Of a stretch of DNA of 64,000 nucleotides, positions 45,122 through 53,001 are shown piece by piece. The position numbers and the translations under genes are program-made. Numbering within the stretch: position 1 is the first letter of the stretch; each line of letters opens with the position of its first letter. This stretch comes from Candidatus Sulfotelmatobacter sp. (GTDB lineage: Bacteria > Acidobacteriota > Terriglobia > Terriglobales > Acidobacteriaceae), in contig JBKQID010000065.1 in NCBI GenBank assembly GCA_052148475.1, positions 10,246 through 74,245 of the forward strand, in the 5' to 3' direction. The notes beneath the pieces were generated by a model, which saw only the letters and a list, made by a program, of their open reading frames with translations, was not told the DNA's origin and did no database searches.

Positions 45122-46369
45122 CTACTCCTTCACCGAAGGATCTCGCAGCGCCACTTGGTCTCCGGCGCTCACGCCGCTGGCCACCATGATTCTGTCGCCG
45201 CTTTTTCTTCCGACTTCGATGTTGCGTTCCTCGAACTCGGTTCCTCGCCAGACGTAAGCCACATTCTGTCCCGACTTTTGAAACATCGCTTGCACAGGGA
45301 TGGTGATCGCGTTGGGCACCCGGTCGACGATGACCGTGACCTGCCCGGAGATGCCGGGCTTGAAGCGCGAGTCCGTCTGATCGAGAACGATCTCGAGAGT
45401 AAAGTTGCGAGTAATCGGCCAACCGCTGGTGAAATCCATGCTGGCGATGGCGCCGATCTGTGAAACATGTCCGGTGAATTGGCGGTCGGGGATGGAGTTC
45501 AACTGGACCGTGACCGGCTGATTAGGAGCGAGCCGGCCGCGCTCGGTCTCATCCACGCGCGAGGAAATGCGCAGCGTCGTGGCGTCGGGCAAGATGGCAA
45601 TCGGCGCTCCGGGCCAAGTTCGGTCTCCTGGCCGCCACGGAGCGTCGCTGGAGCCCGTCCAGTGCTGCAAAAGGCTGATGGTTCCTGCCGAGGGGGCGCG
45701 CAAGGTCATCAGGGTCAGGGAGCGTTCCGCGCGTGCCACGTCAAACGCGGCTTTTTTGCTGGCCTGCTCGGTGCTTTCGATGGTGGCTTTGTTGAGCGTT
45801 TGGTCCGACTTCTGTTTGGTCTCAGCCTCGTGCAGCTTTTGCTCGGCGTCGGCGAGTTTCAGGTTGGCCTCTTCGCCTTCAATTTTGGAGACGATCTCCT
45901 GCTTGCTGGCCTCCAGCTTGGCCGCTTCCACGTCGTAACGCGCCTTCAACGCCGCGGTCTTGTCTTCTTCTTCGGTCAGGCGCGCCTGGGCGCGGGCCTG
46001 TTCGATTCCTGCCTCCGCCGACTTGAGCGTTGACTTGTACTGCGCCAGATCCTGCTCCGTCTTCGTCTTGTCGAACTCAACTACCTCGTCACCCGGTTTG
46101 ACGGCCGTGCCTTCAGCCGAAACCTTAATGATCTGCAGGTCGCCCGCTTCCGCCGGCGCGCTGATCGTTACTGACTTCAGCGCTTTGATTTCGCCGCGAA
46201 ATTGCAGCGAGTCGAGAAACTCTCCACGCTTCACTTCATAGATGGGAACCGTGGGCGTGCGCTTACCCAGCCGCACCGCGCCCAGCACGACGCCGCTTCC
46301 GGCCAGCACCAGGATCACGATGGCCATCACCTTGCCCCGCATCGAAAGCTGACGGAAACGTCGAATCAT
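45122..46369 (-). CDS. HlyD/MacA-type periplasmic adaptor (MFP), paralog 2
   Basis: A TM anchor is present. The lipoyl half is VKPGDEVVEFD and a coiled-coil hairpin follows. A membrane-proximal domain is present (ITIPVQAMFQKSGQNVAYVW). Confidence 0.85.
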   Translation of the reverse strand: MIRRFRQLSMRGKVMAIVILVLAGSGVVLGAVRLGKRTPTVPIYEVKRGEFLDSLQFRGEIKALKSVTISAPAEAGDLQIIKVSAEGTAVKPGDEVVEFDKTKTEQDLAQYKSTLKSAEAGIEQARAQARLTEEEDKTAALKARYDVEAAKLEASKQEIVSKIEGEEANLKLADAEQKLHEAETKQKSDQTLNKATIESTEQASKKAAFDVARAERSLTLMTLRAPSAGTISLLQHWTGSSDAPWRPGDRTWPGAPIAILPDATTLRISSRVDETERGRLAPNQPVTVQLNSIPDRQFTGHVSQIGAIASMDFTSGWPITRNFTLEIVLDQTDSRFKPGISGQVTVIVDRVPNAITIPVQAMFQKSGQNVAYVWRGTEFEERNIEVGRKSGDRIMVASGVSAGDQVALRDPSVKE

Positions 46370-47649
46370 TACGAGCCACTCCCAGACGCGCCAGTCCCAG
46401 GTTTCTGTTCGCTGTTTTGCGGGGCGCTCTTTTCGGAGCCCGATTGGGCGCTCTGCTTGGCGACGTCCACGTCGACCGCGGCAGAGAGATCGGGCATCAG
46501 CTTGGGGTCATTGCCCTCGATCGCCACCACCACCACAAACGCTCGCAGCTTGCTGGAAAAATCTCCGCCTTCGCCCACGGGACCCATTTGATCCAGCTTG
46601 GCTGGAAATACCAGATCCGGATACGCATCCAGCCGGACCTTGGCGGTCTGTCCCACCTGCAGGCTGGGAAAATCCTGCTGGTTGGCCATCACGCGCACCT
46701 GCATGGCCGAGGGATTCACCACTTGCATAAAGGGCTCACCCGGACGCACCTGGTCGCCTTCCTGCACTTCGCCCATGGTGCCCTGCTTCCAGATCGTGTT
46801 GAGCACGACGACGCCGTCGAGGGGCGAACGGATCTGCATCAGGTCGGCGTTGGCCTGGGCGTGCATCATGGTCTGCTGGGTGCGATCGCGCTGAATTTCC
46901 AGGATGCGGACCGCGGCCTGGGCAGCCTTGCGCTTCAAGTCAAAGGTTTCGCGCAGCTGATCGTAGGTGGCTTTGGCTTCGTCGAGGTTCTCCTGATTTT
47001 TTTCCGCGTCGATGCGCGAAACGATTTCCGCTTTCTGGATCTCCAGTTCCGCTTTGCGGAGATTGTCCTCGGCCGCCTTCAACTCAGTCTCATCCTTGGC
47101 GCGAGCCGCATTTTCTTTCGCCCGCTCTTCTGCAACCTGATCCACCAGTTTGGCGTAGTCGGCCTGCTTGTCGACGAAATCCCGCATCTGGGCCTGCCGG
47201 TCAAACTCCACCAGCGGATCGCCTTTCTTTACCCGTGTTCCCGCAGGCGTCAGGTGAATGATGGTGAGGGTCGGAACCGACTGGCCCGCCAGCAGAGGGG
47301 CGAGAATCTCACGCGCCTGCACCGCCTCGGTGGTTCCTTTGAGGCGCAGAACTTGACTTGAAGGAATGGAGGCTGACTGCGCCGAGGTTGCGGCAGTGGG
47401 AGTTTTACCCCGCATTACCACAAACAGTATCGCGACCACCACAGCGGCAGCCGCGACCACTACGATCCAGCCACGCAGCCATCCCGGGCGCGCGCCGTCG
47501 TTCCCGGCCTGGCCCGATGAAGGTGGTTCCGGTGGTGTGTGTTCCGGTCGAGTTCCCGGCTGGTCTGGTTGAGACTCAGAGTCGGGAGTCACTGTCGCAG
47601 GAGCCGAGTGCATGGGTAGAATTCTCCCGCCGTAGGAATCTGGTTGCAC
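46369..47649 (-). CDS. HlyD-type periplasmic adaptor (MFP), paralog 1, with a Pro-rich N-extension and no membrane-proximal domain
   Basis: A Pro/Ser-rich cytoplasmic N-terminus of about 70 aa precedes the TM helix (WIVVVAAAAVVVAILFVV). The lipoyl half is VKKGDPLVEFD. A coiled coil and beta-barrel follow, and the protein ends in a low-complexity tail. Its stop overlaps the paralog 2 start as TAATG. The start could instead be the second ATG at 47613. Confidence 0.8.
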   Translation of the reverse strand: MQPDSYGGRILPMHSAPATVTPDSESQPDQPGTRPEHTPPEPPSSGQAGNDGARPGWLRGWIVVVAAAAVVVAILFVVMRGKTPTAATSAQSASIPSSQVLRLKGTTEAVQAREILAPLLAGQSVPTLTIIHLTPAGTRVKKGDPLVEFDRQAQMRDFVDKQADYAKLVDQVAEERAKENAARAKDETELKAAEDNLRKAELEIQKAEIVSRIDAEKNQENLDEAKATYDQLRETFDLKRKAAQAAVRILEIQRDRTQQTMMHAQANADLMQIRSPLDGVVVLNTIWKQGTMGEVQEGDQVRPGEPFMQVVNPSAMQVRVMANQQDFPSLQVGQTAKVRLDAYPDLVFPAKLDQMGPVGEGGDFSSKLRAFVVVVAIEGNDPKLMPDLSAAVDVDVAKQSAQSGSEKSAPQNSEQKPGTGASGSGS

Positions 47650-47958
47650 CGCAAAAGTTGCCCGGAGCTTTTGACGCTTCTAAGTTAACTGAGTGAGCGC
47701 TGGTTTCCAAGCGTCTTTATAGATCGTTGAAGGTGGAGTGTTCTTGCGAATCCCATTCCGTTTTTTTGCCAGGACAACCCCGGCCACAATCGGCGGAAGA
47801 TCGGGAGGGGAAGCACTGCTCCATTGACACTGGGGCGCGAGATGGAATTCTCAGGCTGCGCGAACACGCAAACCCGCGCGACCACGACACGGCGTCGCGG
47901 CCGCTCCTTTGACCCCCGCGAGAACGCGCCCGGATGGCGCCATTCCCCAGCAATGACG

Positions 47959-48231
47959 CTATTGCACTTCGTTCAGCTTCTGGTAGATCACCATCGCCAC
48001 CAGTACCAGCAGAAAGACCCCAGACCCGATGCTGAATACCCACATGGGAACCGTGAGCCGGTTCACTTTGACTAACAATTCTGTCTGCTCTTCCTGCATG
48101 TGCGAATTGTTGTCATCGAGAAACAGCTGGTCATCCTCGTGCATGGTGAGAGTGCTCTTGTAAATCAGGAGGACGATCAGACCGACGGCGAACAGTCCGA
48201 ATACTCCTCCAACGATCTCAATTGGCGTCAT
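47959..48231 (-). CDS. Small two-TM membrane protein (90 aa)
   Basis: ATG 48231 is preceded by AGGTGG. The peptide is MTPIEIVGGVFGLFAVGLIVLLIY ... VPMWVFSIGSGVFLLVLVAMVIY. I recognised no family. Confidence 0.5.
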   Translation of the reverse strand: MTPIEIVGGVFGLFAVGLIVLLIYKSTLTMHEDDQLFLDDNNSHMQEEQTELLVKVNRLTVPMWVFSIGSGVFLLVLVAMVIYQKLNEVQ

Positions 48232-48488
48232 AAGCCACCTCGGCAGATTCCAAAACCCAAGCGCAGCGGCATTCCACTTCGTGGTGGGGCACGCAGAACC
48301 CCGCACCCAGTTCCGGGGAAGGCCCTAACGCCCCGATTATAGCCCCGTTGGCAAGCCTTGGGCACGGAATAAATCCCTTTGTTCGGAGTCTGTTACAGAA
48401 GCGGGAAGAATGCGACTTCCGGGGGAAAGGCCGCATCCAACCTATTAAAGATGGTTTTCCCCAAGGGGGGAGTTCCGCGATCAACCCT

Positions 48489-48516
48489 TGTGGCGGAAGC
48501 AACATTTGTTATAATC
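48489..48516 (+). promoter_or_regulatory. Putative sigma-70 promoter of erpA
   Basis: TTGTGG at 48489..48494 is followed by a 16-nt spacer and a perfect TATAAT at 48511..48516. The -10 ends 28 nt upstream of ATG 48545, and AAGGAGA sits at 48534..48540. Confidence 0.4.
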
Positions 48517-48544
48517 GAACAGCTTTAAAGCCAAGGAGATACCA

Positions 48545-48925
48545 ATGGCCACCACCACCGTCCCTGGAGTGTCGACACCGGAAGTAACCAAGAAAGCCGC
48601 GCCTGTCACTCTCACCGCCAACGCTGTCACCAAGGTGAAAGAGATCATGGGCCAGCAGAACCCCGTTCCCGCCGGGTTGCGCATTGGAGTCGTGGGCGGC
48701 GGATGCTCCGGCTTCTCCTATTCCATGCAGTTTGAAAATGGCGCCGGAATGATGGACAAGACTTTCGAAATGGATGGACTCAAGGTGTTCGTCGATGCGA
48801 CTTCGGTCATGTATCTGAATGGCTGCGTCGTCGACTACGTGGAGACGCTCGAAGGCGCAGGCTTCAAGTTCGAAAATCCGAACGTGAAAAGCACCTGCGG
48901 CTGCGGATCGTCGTTCAGCGTGTAA
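48545..48925 (+). CDS. erpA: Iron-sulfur cluster insertion/carrier protein (HesB/IscA/ErpA family)
   Basis: VTLTANAVTKVKEIM ... GLRIGVVGGGCSGFSYSMQFE ... FENPNVKSTCGCGSSFSV carries the three invariant Cys of A-type carriers. Confidence 0.9.
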   Translation: MATTTVPGVSTPEVTKKAAPVTLTANAVTKVKEIMGQQNPVPAGLRIGVVGGGCSGFSYSMQFENGAGMMDKTFEMDGLKVFVDATSVMYLNGCVVDYVETLEGAGFKFENPNVKSTCGCGSSFSV

Positions 48926-48952
48926 GTTGTCGCGAAAAAATTCTGGAAACTG

Positions 48953-48992
48953 AAACGGCCTCATGCTTTGCGATGAGGCCGTTTTTCATTTT
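48953..48992 (+). terminator. Rho-independent terminator after erpA
   Basis: A 12-bp perfect stem pairs AAACGGCCTCAT (48953..48964) with ATGAGGCCGTTT (48973..48984) around an 8-nt loop. It is followed by TTCATTTT. Confidence 0.7.
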
Positions 48993-49000
48993 CACAACCG

Positions 49001-49075
49001 GGTGCCCCGTCCTTGTCCCCGCGGTTTTGGCGGGGACAGAGCCTGCCCTGAGCGAAGTCGAAGGGGCGGGGACTT
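49001..49075. repeat. GC-rich intergenic palindromic element (REP-like)
   Basis: GTCCCCG (49015..49021) pairs with CGGGGAC (49031..49037). A further GGCGGGGAC lies at 49065..49073. It contains the core GAGCGAAGTCGA (49050..49061), which recurs at 56093..56104 in another intergenic gap. Confidence 0.4.
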
Positions 49076-49105
49076 TGATCTCGAGGCCAGCCCTGTCTTC
49101 AGTTC

Positions 49106-50092
49106 CTATTGCTGCTGCGGAGGATTGCTCGGCGGGTTCTGCTGCGTGCTAAATCCGCCACTCGATGGCGTGTTTGGACTGTTGCCAAACCCCGAGGAAG
49201 ATGAACCGAACCCGCTGTTGTTGCCGAAGCCGCTGTTGTTGCCGGGTTGCCCGTTGCTCCCGTTCTGACCGTTGAGATTCGGTGTGCCTGGCTGGCCGAA
49301 TCCTGCCAGTTGAGGCTGGTAGGGCGTCGTGATCAGGCGGCCCTGATCCTGCGCCGGATCGTAAACAAACACCCAGTCCTTATATTTCTTCTTGTGGTTG
49401 AATTCCCGGATGGTCGAGTCTTTGATCGTCGTATTGCTGGCGACTCCAACAATCGGCCCGCCGATGATTTGGCCGGAGCCGATCTGATTGCTTCCAGTGC
49501 CGGTCCCGGGGGCTGATGGGTTGGACCCGTCCGCGGTTTCGGTCGAGGAAGTCTGCGAGCCCGGCTGCGAGGGATCGGAAGCTGCCTGCGGATTCTGACC
49601 AAACGCTGAATTGGAATTCGTGAACCCGCTGCTCCCTCCGAACGCGGAAGAAGTCGGCGAAGATGTGCTGGCGCCGGCTGGAGTCGCGCCGGGAATCACG
49701 CCACCGCCCATAGCGCTGAGCGTCATCTGCACTTCGCCGAAGTGCAGCAGCTTGAAATCCGCACACTTCGACGCCTTGCAGTTCAAGGGGTCCTTGTAGC
49801 GCTTGCGCAGAAAGCGCTGGCGGTTGGTGCTTTCCAGATCCTCAAGCTTTACCGGATAGCGCCCGAACTTCCTGTAGTAGGCGCGGATGGCCCGCGAATA
49901 CTGGACTCCGCGATGAATCATTTCCTCCTCACGATCGCGCTTGATCTCGAAGGTGACGGTCGGAACAATTGCTGCCGCGAAGATGACCAGCAGCGCCATC
50001 GCCAGCAACAGCGTCAGCATGATGTAGCCGTGGTCACCGCGCCGAGAACGCCGTCGTGTTTGGGAAACGAAACGCATCTCAATGCTTCTCAC
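49106..50092 (-). CDS. GspG/pseudopilin-like protein with a long Ser/Gly/Asn/Gln/Pro-rich C-terminal region
   Basis: The hydrophobic N-terminus HG-YIMLTLLLAMALLVIFAAAIVP is prepilin-like, but position +5 is Thr rather than Glu. RDREEEMIHRGVQYSRAIRAYYRKFGRYPVKLEDL fits a T2SS-G-like fold. GTG 50092 overlaps the upstream stop as GTGA, and the alternative start is ATG 50077. Confidence 0.7.
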   Translation of the reverse strand: MRSIEMRFVSQTRRRSRRGDHGYIMLTLLLAMALLVIFAAAIVPTVTFEIKRDREEEMIHRGVQYSRAIRAYYRKFGRYPVKLEDLESTNRQRFLRKRYKDPLNCKASKCADFKLLHFGEVQMTLSAMGGGVIPGATPAGASTSSPTSSAFGGSSGFTNSNSAFGQNPQAASDPSQPGSQTSSTETADGSNPSAPGTGTGSNQIGSGQIIGGPIVGVASNTTIKDSTIREFNHKKKYKDWVFVYDPAQDQGRLITTPYQPQLAGFGQPGTPNLNGQNGSNGQPGNNSGFGNNSGFGSSSSGFGNSPNTPSSGGFSTQQNPPSNPPQQQ

Positions 50093-50715
50093 CCCTGGGT
50101 GAGCGGGATGTTCTGCGGCGGACCGCTGTAGACCATGTCCTGAATCGAAACCGAGGTCGGCGTAATGTGAATCACTTTGTAGCGCCGGTCCACGATCTCG
50201 CCTTCTCCCGCAACGAACACATCGTCGCCCGACTTCAGAAATATCTTCTTCGATGCTCCCGCGGTACTGGCGAAGCCATAAAACTTCAGCGGAATAGGCG
50301 GCGGCGCCCCGGGCATCTGCGGAGTGTAGATCTGGCTGCCTCCTGCGATCCCTCCGTTCTTTCCGTGATCGGTCGCTCCCGAAGAGACCGGGGGCTGAAT
50401 GACCACCTCATCGGGCCGAGAAACAAAAATGTTCCTTCCCGTGCCTTCGTACTGGGTCTGCTCGCTGGCGGCCAGCAAGTCCAGCCGCAGGGTGGGATCC
50501 AGATTCTCAATCCGCGGTTTCTTGCTGCCTTTCGTTCCCAAACGTCCTGGCGCATGCGTCGCCGTGGGCAGTGGAGCCGCCGCCTCCGTGCTCGCAGTCG
50601 CCGTCGACGATCCCATGAACATGGGGATTACCTCATACGCCAAAGCCACGACAGCCACCACGCCGAGCACGGCGGCCCACATGGTCTGCTTCTTGTTTTC
50701 AAATCCCAGTTGCAC
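50089..50715 (-). CDS. PilP-like pilus assembly protein
   Basis: The N-terminal anchor is MWAAVLGVVAVVALAY and a disordered linker follows. The C-terminal beta domain is FYGFASTAGASKKIFLKSGDDVFVAGEGEIVDRRYKVIHITPTSVSIQD. Its position after pilO supports the call. Confidence 0.55.
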   Translation of the reverse strand: MQLGFENKKQTMWAAVLGVVAVVALAYEVIPMFMGSSTATASTEAAAPLPTATHAPGRLGTKGSKKPRIENLDPTLRLDLLAASEQTQYEGTGRNIFVSRPDEVVIQPPVSSGATDHGKNGGIAGGSQIYTPQMPGAPPPIPLKFYGFASTAGASKKIFLKSGDDVFVAGEGEIVDRRYKVIHITPTSVSIQDMVYSGPPQNIPLTQG

Positions 50716-51254
50716 TACGATCCCACCTTCAAATATGTTTCCAGCTTCACGCCCAACTTCACCGGCCCCTGCTGCTGGCCGCCCAGCGTGACGCTGTTGA
50801 TGATGAAAAACACCTGGTCGCGTTCCAGCGCATTGATAAACTTCGCCAGGGAAGTGTAGTTGCCCGCAAAGTCAGCTTCCATCTCGACCGGTTCCAACCC
50901 CCCAGTTTCCGCATCTCCCACTTTGTATTTTACGTGCTCGATCGACACGCCATTGGCGCTGGTGAGTTTGCCGAGTTCGGTCAAAATCTGGGATTCCTGG
51001 GTAGGGAAGCGTTTCTTGTAGAAATCGCTGATCTGATGACCGGCCAGCACGACTTTTTGCGGCAGGTCTTTCAGGGGCGCCACCTGGGCGGTTTTCAGCT
51101 TCAACTCGGCCTGCAGCGTGTTCAGTTCCTGCTGACGCGTTTCAGGCGAACCGATGATCGGTGAAAAATAAATAACCGCCGCCAGCAAATCGATGCCCGC
51201 CATGATGGCCAGCGCGGTCTTCAAGTTCTTCCGGGTTCGCCGCAAGTCAGGCAT
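50715..51254 (-). CDS. pilO: Type IV pilus assembly protein PilO
   Basis: The single TM helix is LKTALAIMAGIDLLAAVIYF. A coiled coil and ferredoxin-like domain follow. The gene follows pilN with a 1-nt overlap. Confidence 0.7.
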   Translation of the reverse strand: MPDLRRTRKNLKTALAIMAGIDLLAAVIYFSPIIGSPETRQQELNTLQAELKLKTAQVAPLKDLPQKVVLAGHQISDFYKKRFPTQESQILTELGKLTSANGVSIEHVKYKVGDAETGGLEPVEMEADFAGNYTSLAKFINALERDQVFFIINSVTLGGQQQGPVKLGVKLETYLKVGS

Positions 51255-51913
51255 CAGGGCTTACTCCCTTTCGGTGCGGCTGCCTTCGGACTCGCTTCTG
51301 ATTTTGCTTTCGCTTCCGTTTTGGATGAAGCGGAGGGGGCGGGCAGCGGCTCGGGAATGTAAACTGCTTCCATGTCAATCAGCTCGTTGTCGCCGTTCGT
51401 GCTCTGCTGAGACGTCTCCGCAGTGACGTGCGTCTGCGCGAAGCGCTTCGAGTCTTCCATGCGGCGGAGCAGTTCCTCCGCCCGATCACGCGAATCGCCC
51501 CCCACCGTCATCTTCAGTCCGAGACGGTTGTCCTCATCCAGTTGCGGACTGATCCCGATCAAGTGCACGCGGGGCGGCATCACCTTCTCCAGACTTTCCA
51601 GCACCCGCGTCCAGGAGAAGGCCTTGCGCTCGATCAACTGGTTCAGAAACTGCGATTCATCGCGGGTGGTGCGATTTTCCGGCAGGTTGAGGATGCGCTC
51701 GGCTTCGGCGCGAAGCTGGTCGCGATCAGCAATCATTGCCTGCTTTTCCGCGATGGCCGCCCGATCCCGCCGGGCATTGACCCAGCCTGTGACGTCGAGC
51801 GTCAGCAGCACCAGCGTGAGCAGCGCGACTGCGCCCACCGCCGTGCCCCAGCGCATCCAGAACTGCTGGGCGTCTTCGTAGGGCTGGCTCGCGAGATTGA
51901 TATCCAAACGCAT
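51254..51913 (-). CDS. pilN: Type IV pilus assembly protein PilN
   Basis: The N-terminal MRLDINLASQPY motif is followed by a TM helix (GTAVGAVALLTLVLLTL). It lies immediately downstream of pilM. Confidence 0.75.
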   Translation of the reverse strand: MRLDINLASQPYEDAQQFWMRWGTAVGAVALLTLVLLTLDVTGWVNARRDRAAIAEKQAMIADRDQLRAEAERILNLPENRTTRDESQFLNQLIERKAFSWTRVLESLEKVMPPRVHLIGISPQLDEDNRLGLKMTVGGDSRDRAEELLRRMEDSKRFAQTHVTAETSQQSTNGDNELIDMEAVYIPEPLPAPSASSKTEAKAKSEASPKAAAPKGSKP

Positions 51914-51946
51914 AAATAAATCATGTAGCCGTCTACGAAATTCCTG

Positions 51947-52843
51947 CTACGAAATCAGTGCTCCCACTACTCCTGCCATTCTCCAGCGCGGTACGGCCCC
52001 GCTGGGGCTTAGTCCCAGTTGCGACGACGAGACCAGTTCCTGCACGTCGGCTCCGGTCTGCGCGCGCAGGGCGGGCGCGGCGCCCCCTGACTCCGGCAGT
52101 CCTGCTATGTAAATCTGCTCGATGTTCAGGTGGTAAGTATCCTGGAAAAACACGACCGACGGATAAACTTCCTCCGCCAGTTGCTCGCCCGTGATGGTGA
52201 CCCCGCGCGTGTTTTCCAGAGTGCGAAACAGTTGCAGCTGACTTTCATTCAGGATCGCAATGCTGGTGGTGTGTGCGTCGACTTTGATTACCAGCGTCGG
52301 CTTCTTGGCGTTGGCCGCGCCCAGGGCGGCCAGCGTGGACGGCAGTACCACTCCCGGACTGAACCCCGCATCGTGGAACGCGCGCTCGTAATCTTCGATC
52401 ACGCTCGCCATGGCCACAGCTGCGACCACGCGGACTTCGTCTTTGATCTTCTGCGCGTGATAGGAAACCTTTGCCTTGTCCACATCAAACGGCAGCGACT
52501 TCTTCAGCCGGAACCGCACCACGCCGAGAGCCTCTTCCTGATCCGAGGGCAGGGTGTCGAATTCCACCAGCATCACGCGGACGGCGGCATCGGGAACGAT
52601 CGCGATCACATCCTTCGAGCGCCCGGCAAGCCCGCCCAGAGCCCCTTCAATGCCGGCGCGCACGGCTTCCCGCTGGCGCAGGTTGTTTTCCACCAGATCG
52701 GGAATCACGCTGCCCGGCGCCAGTTCGCGCGCTGCCGAAGCCTCCAGGCCGTCTCCCTTGTCGGTGAGACGCCCGGCGAGCACGCGGTCCGCCGCGATTT
52801 CGCAGGCCAGTTTTGGCTTGGCTAGGTTTGAATTTGGACTCAT
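51947..52843 (-). CDS. pilM: Type IV pilus assembly protein PilM (actin-like ATPase fold), short form
   Basis: The call rests on position upstream of pilN/pilO and on PilM-like segments (ACEIAADRVLAGRL..., VIAIVPDAAVRVMLVEFD, TLVIKVDAHTTSIAIL). Confidence 0.75.
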   Translation of the reverse strand: MSPNSNLAKPKLACEIAADRVLAGRLTDKGDGLEASAARELAPGSVIPDLVENNLRQREAVRAGIEGALGGLAGRSKDVIAIVPDAAVRVMLVEFDTLPSDQEEALGVVRFRLKKSLPFDVDKAKVSYHAQKIKDEVRVVAAVAMASVIEDYERAFHDAGFSPGVVLPSTLAALGAANAKKPTLVIKVDAHTTSIAILNESQLQLFRTLENTRGVTITGEQLAEEVYPSVVFFQDTYHLNIEQIYIAGLPESGGAAPALRAQTGADVQELVSSSQLGLSPSGAVPRWRMAGVVGALIS

Positions 52844-53001
52844 TCCCGAGAACGCCCTTTAGAGAAACTCTTCCACAAATCAGAACCCGAATCACCCACA
52901 AATGCAATAGCTGAAAGGGCACTCAGCCCCTCGACCAACGGGCCACGCCTTCCACGCGGCTCCTGGCCCGACAGCTTGTGCTGCAATCGTTCGGAACTTG
53001 T

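Noticed and set aside
43930-45189. Long antisense ORFs opposite well-supported genes. Examples are 43930..45189 (419 aa), 53557..54681 (374 aa), 28915..30120 (401 aa), 57172..58224 (350 aa), 61391..62419 (342 aa), 63250..63957 (235 aa), 3084..3818 and 38366..38974.
   Set aside because: Their translations are Arg/Gly/His-rich with no motifs, while the opposite strand carries unmistakable family signatures (MFP, PilB Walker A, histidine-kinase boxes, DTG loops, ABC motifs, pilin N-terminus). Long shadow ORFs are expected in high-GC coding DNA.
48963-49268. ORF of 101 aa (…ACPERSRRGGDFD…) downstream of erpA.
   Set aside because: It begins inside the terminator hairpin, reads through the palindromic repeat element and runs antisense into the pseudopilin gene. 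This is a typical mistranslated intergenic repeat.
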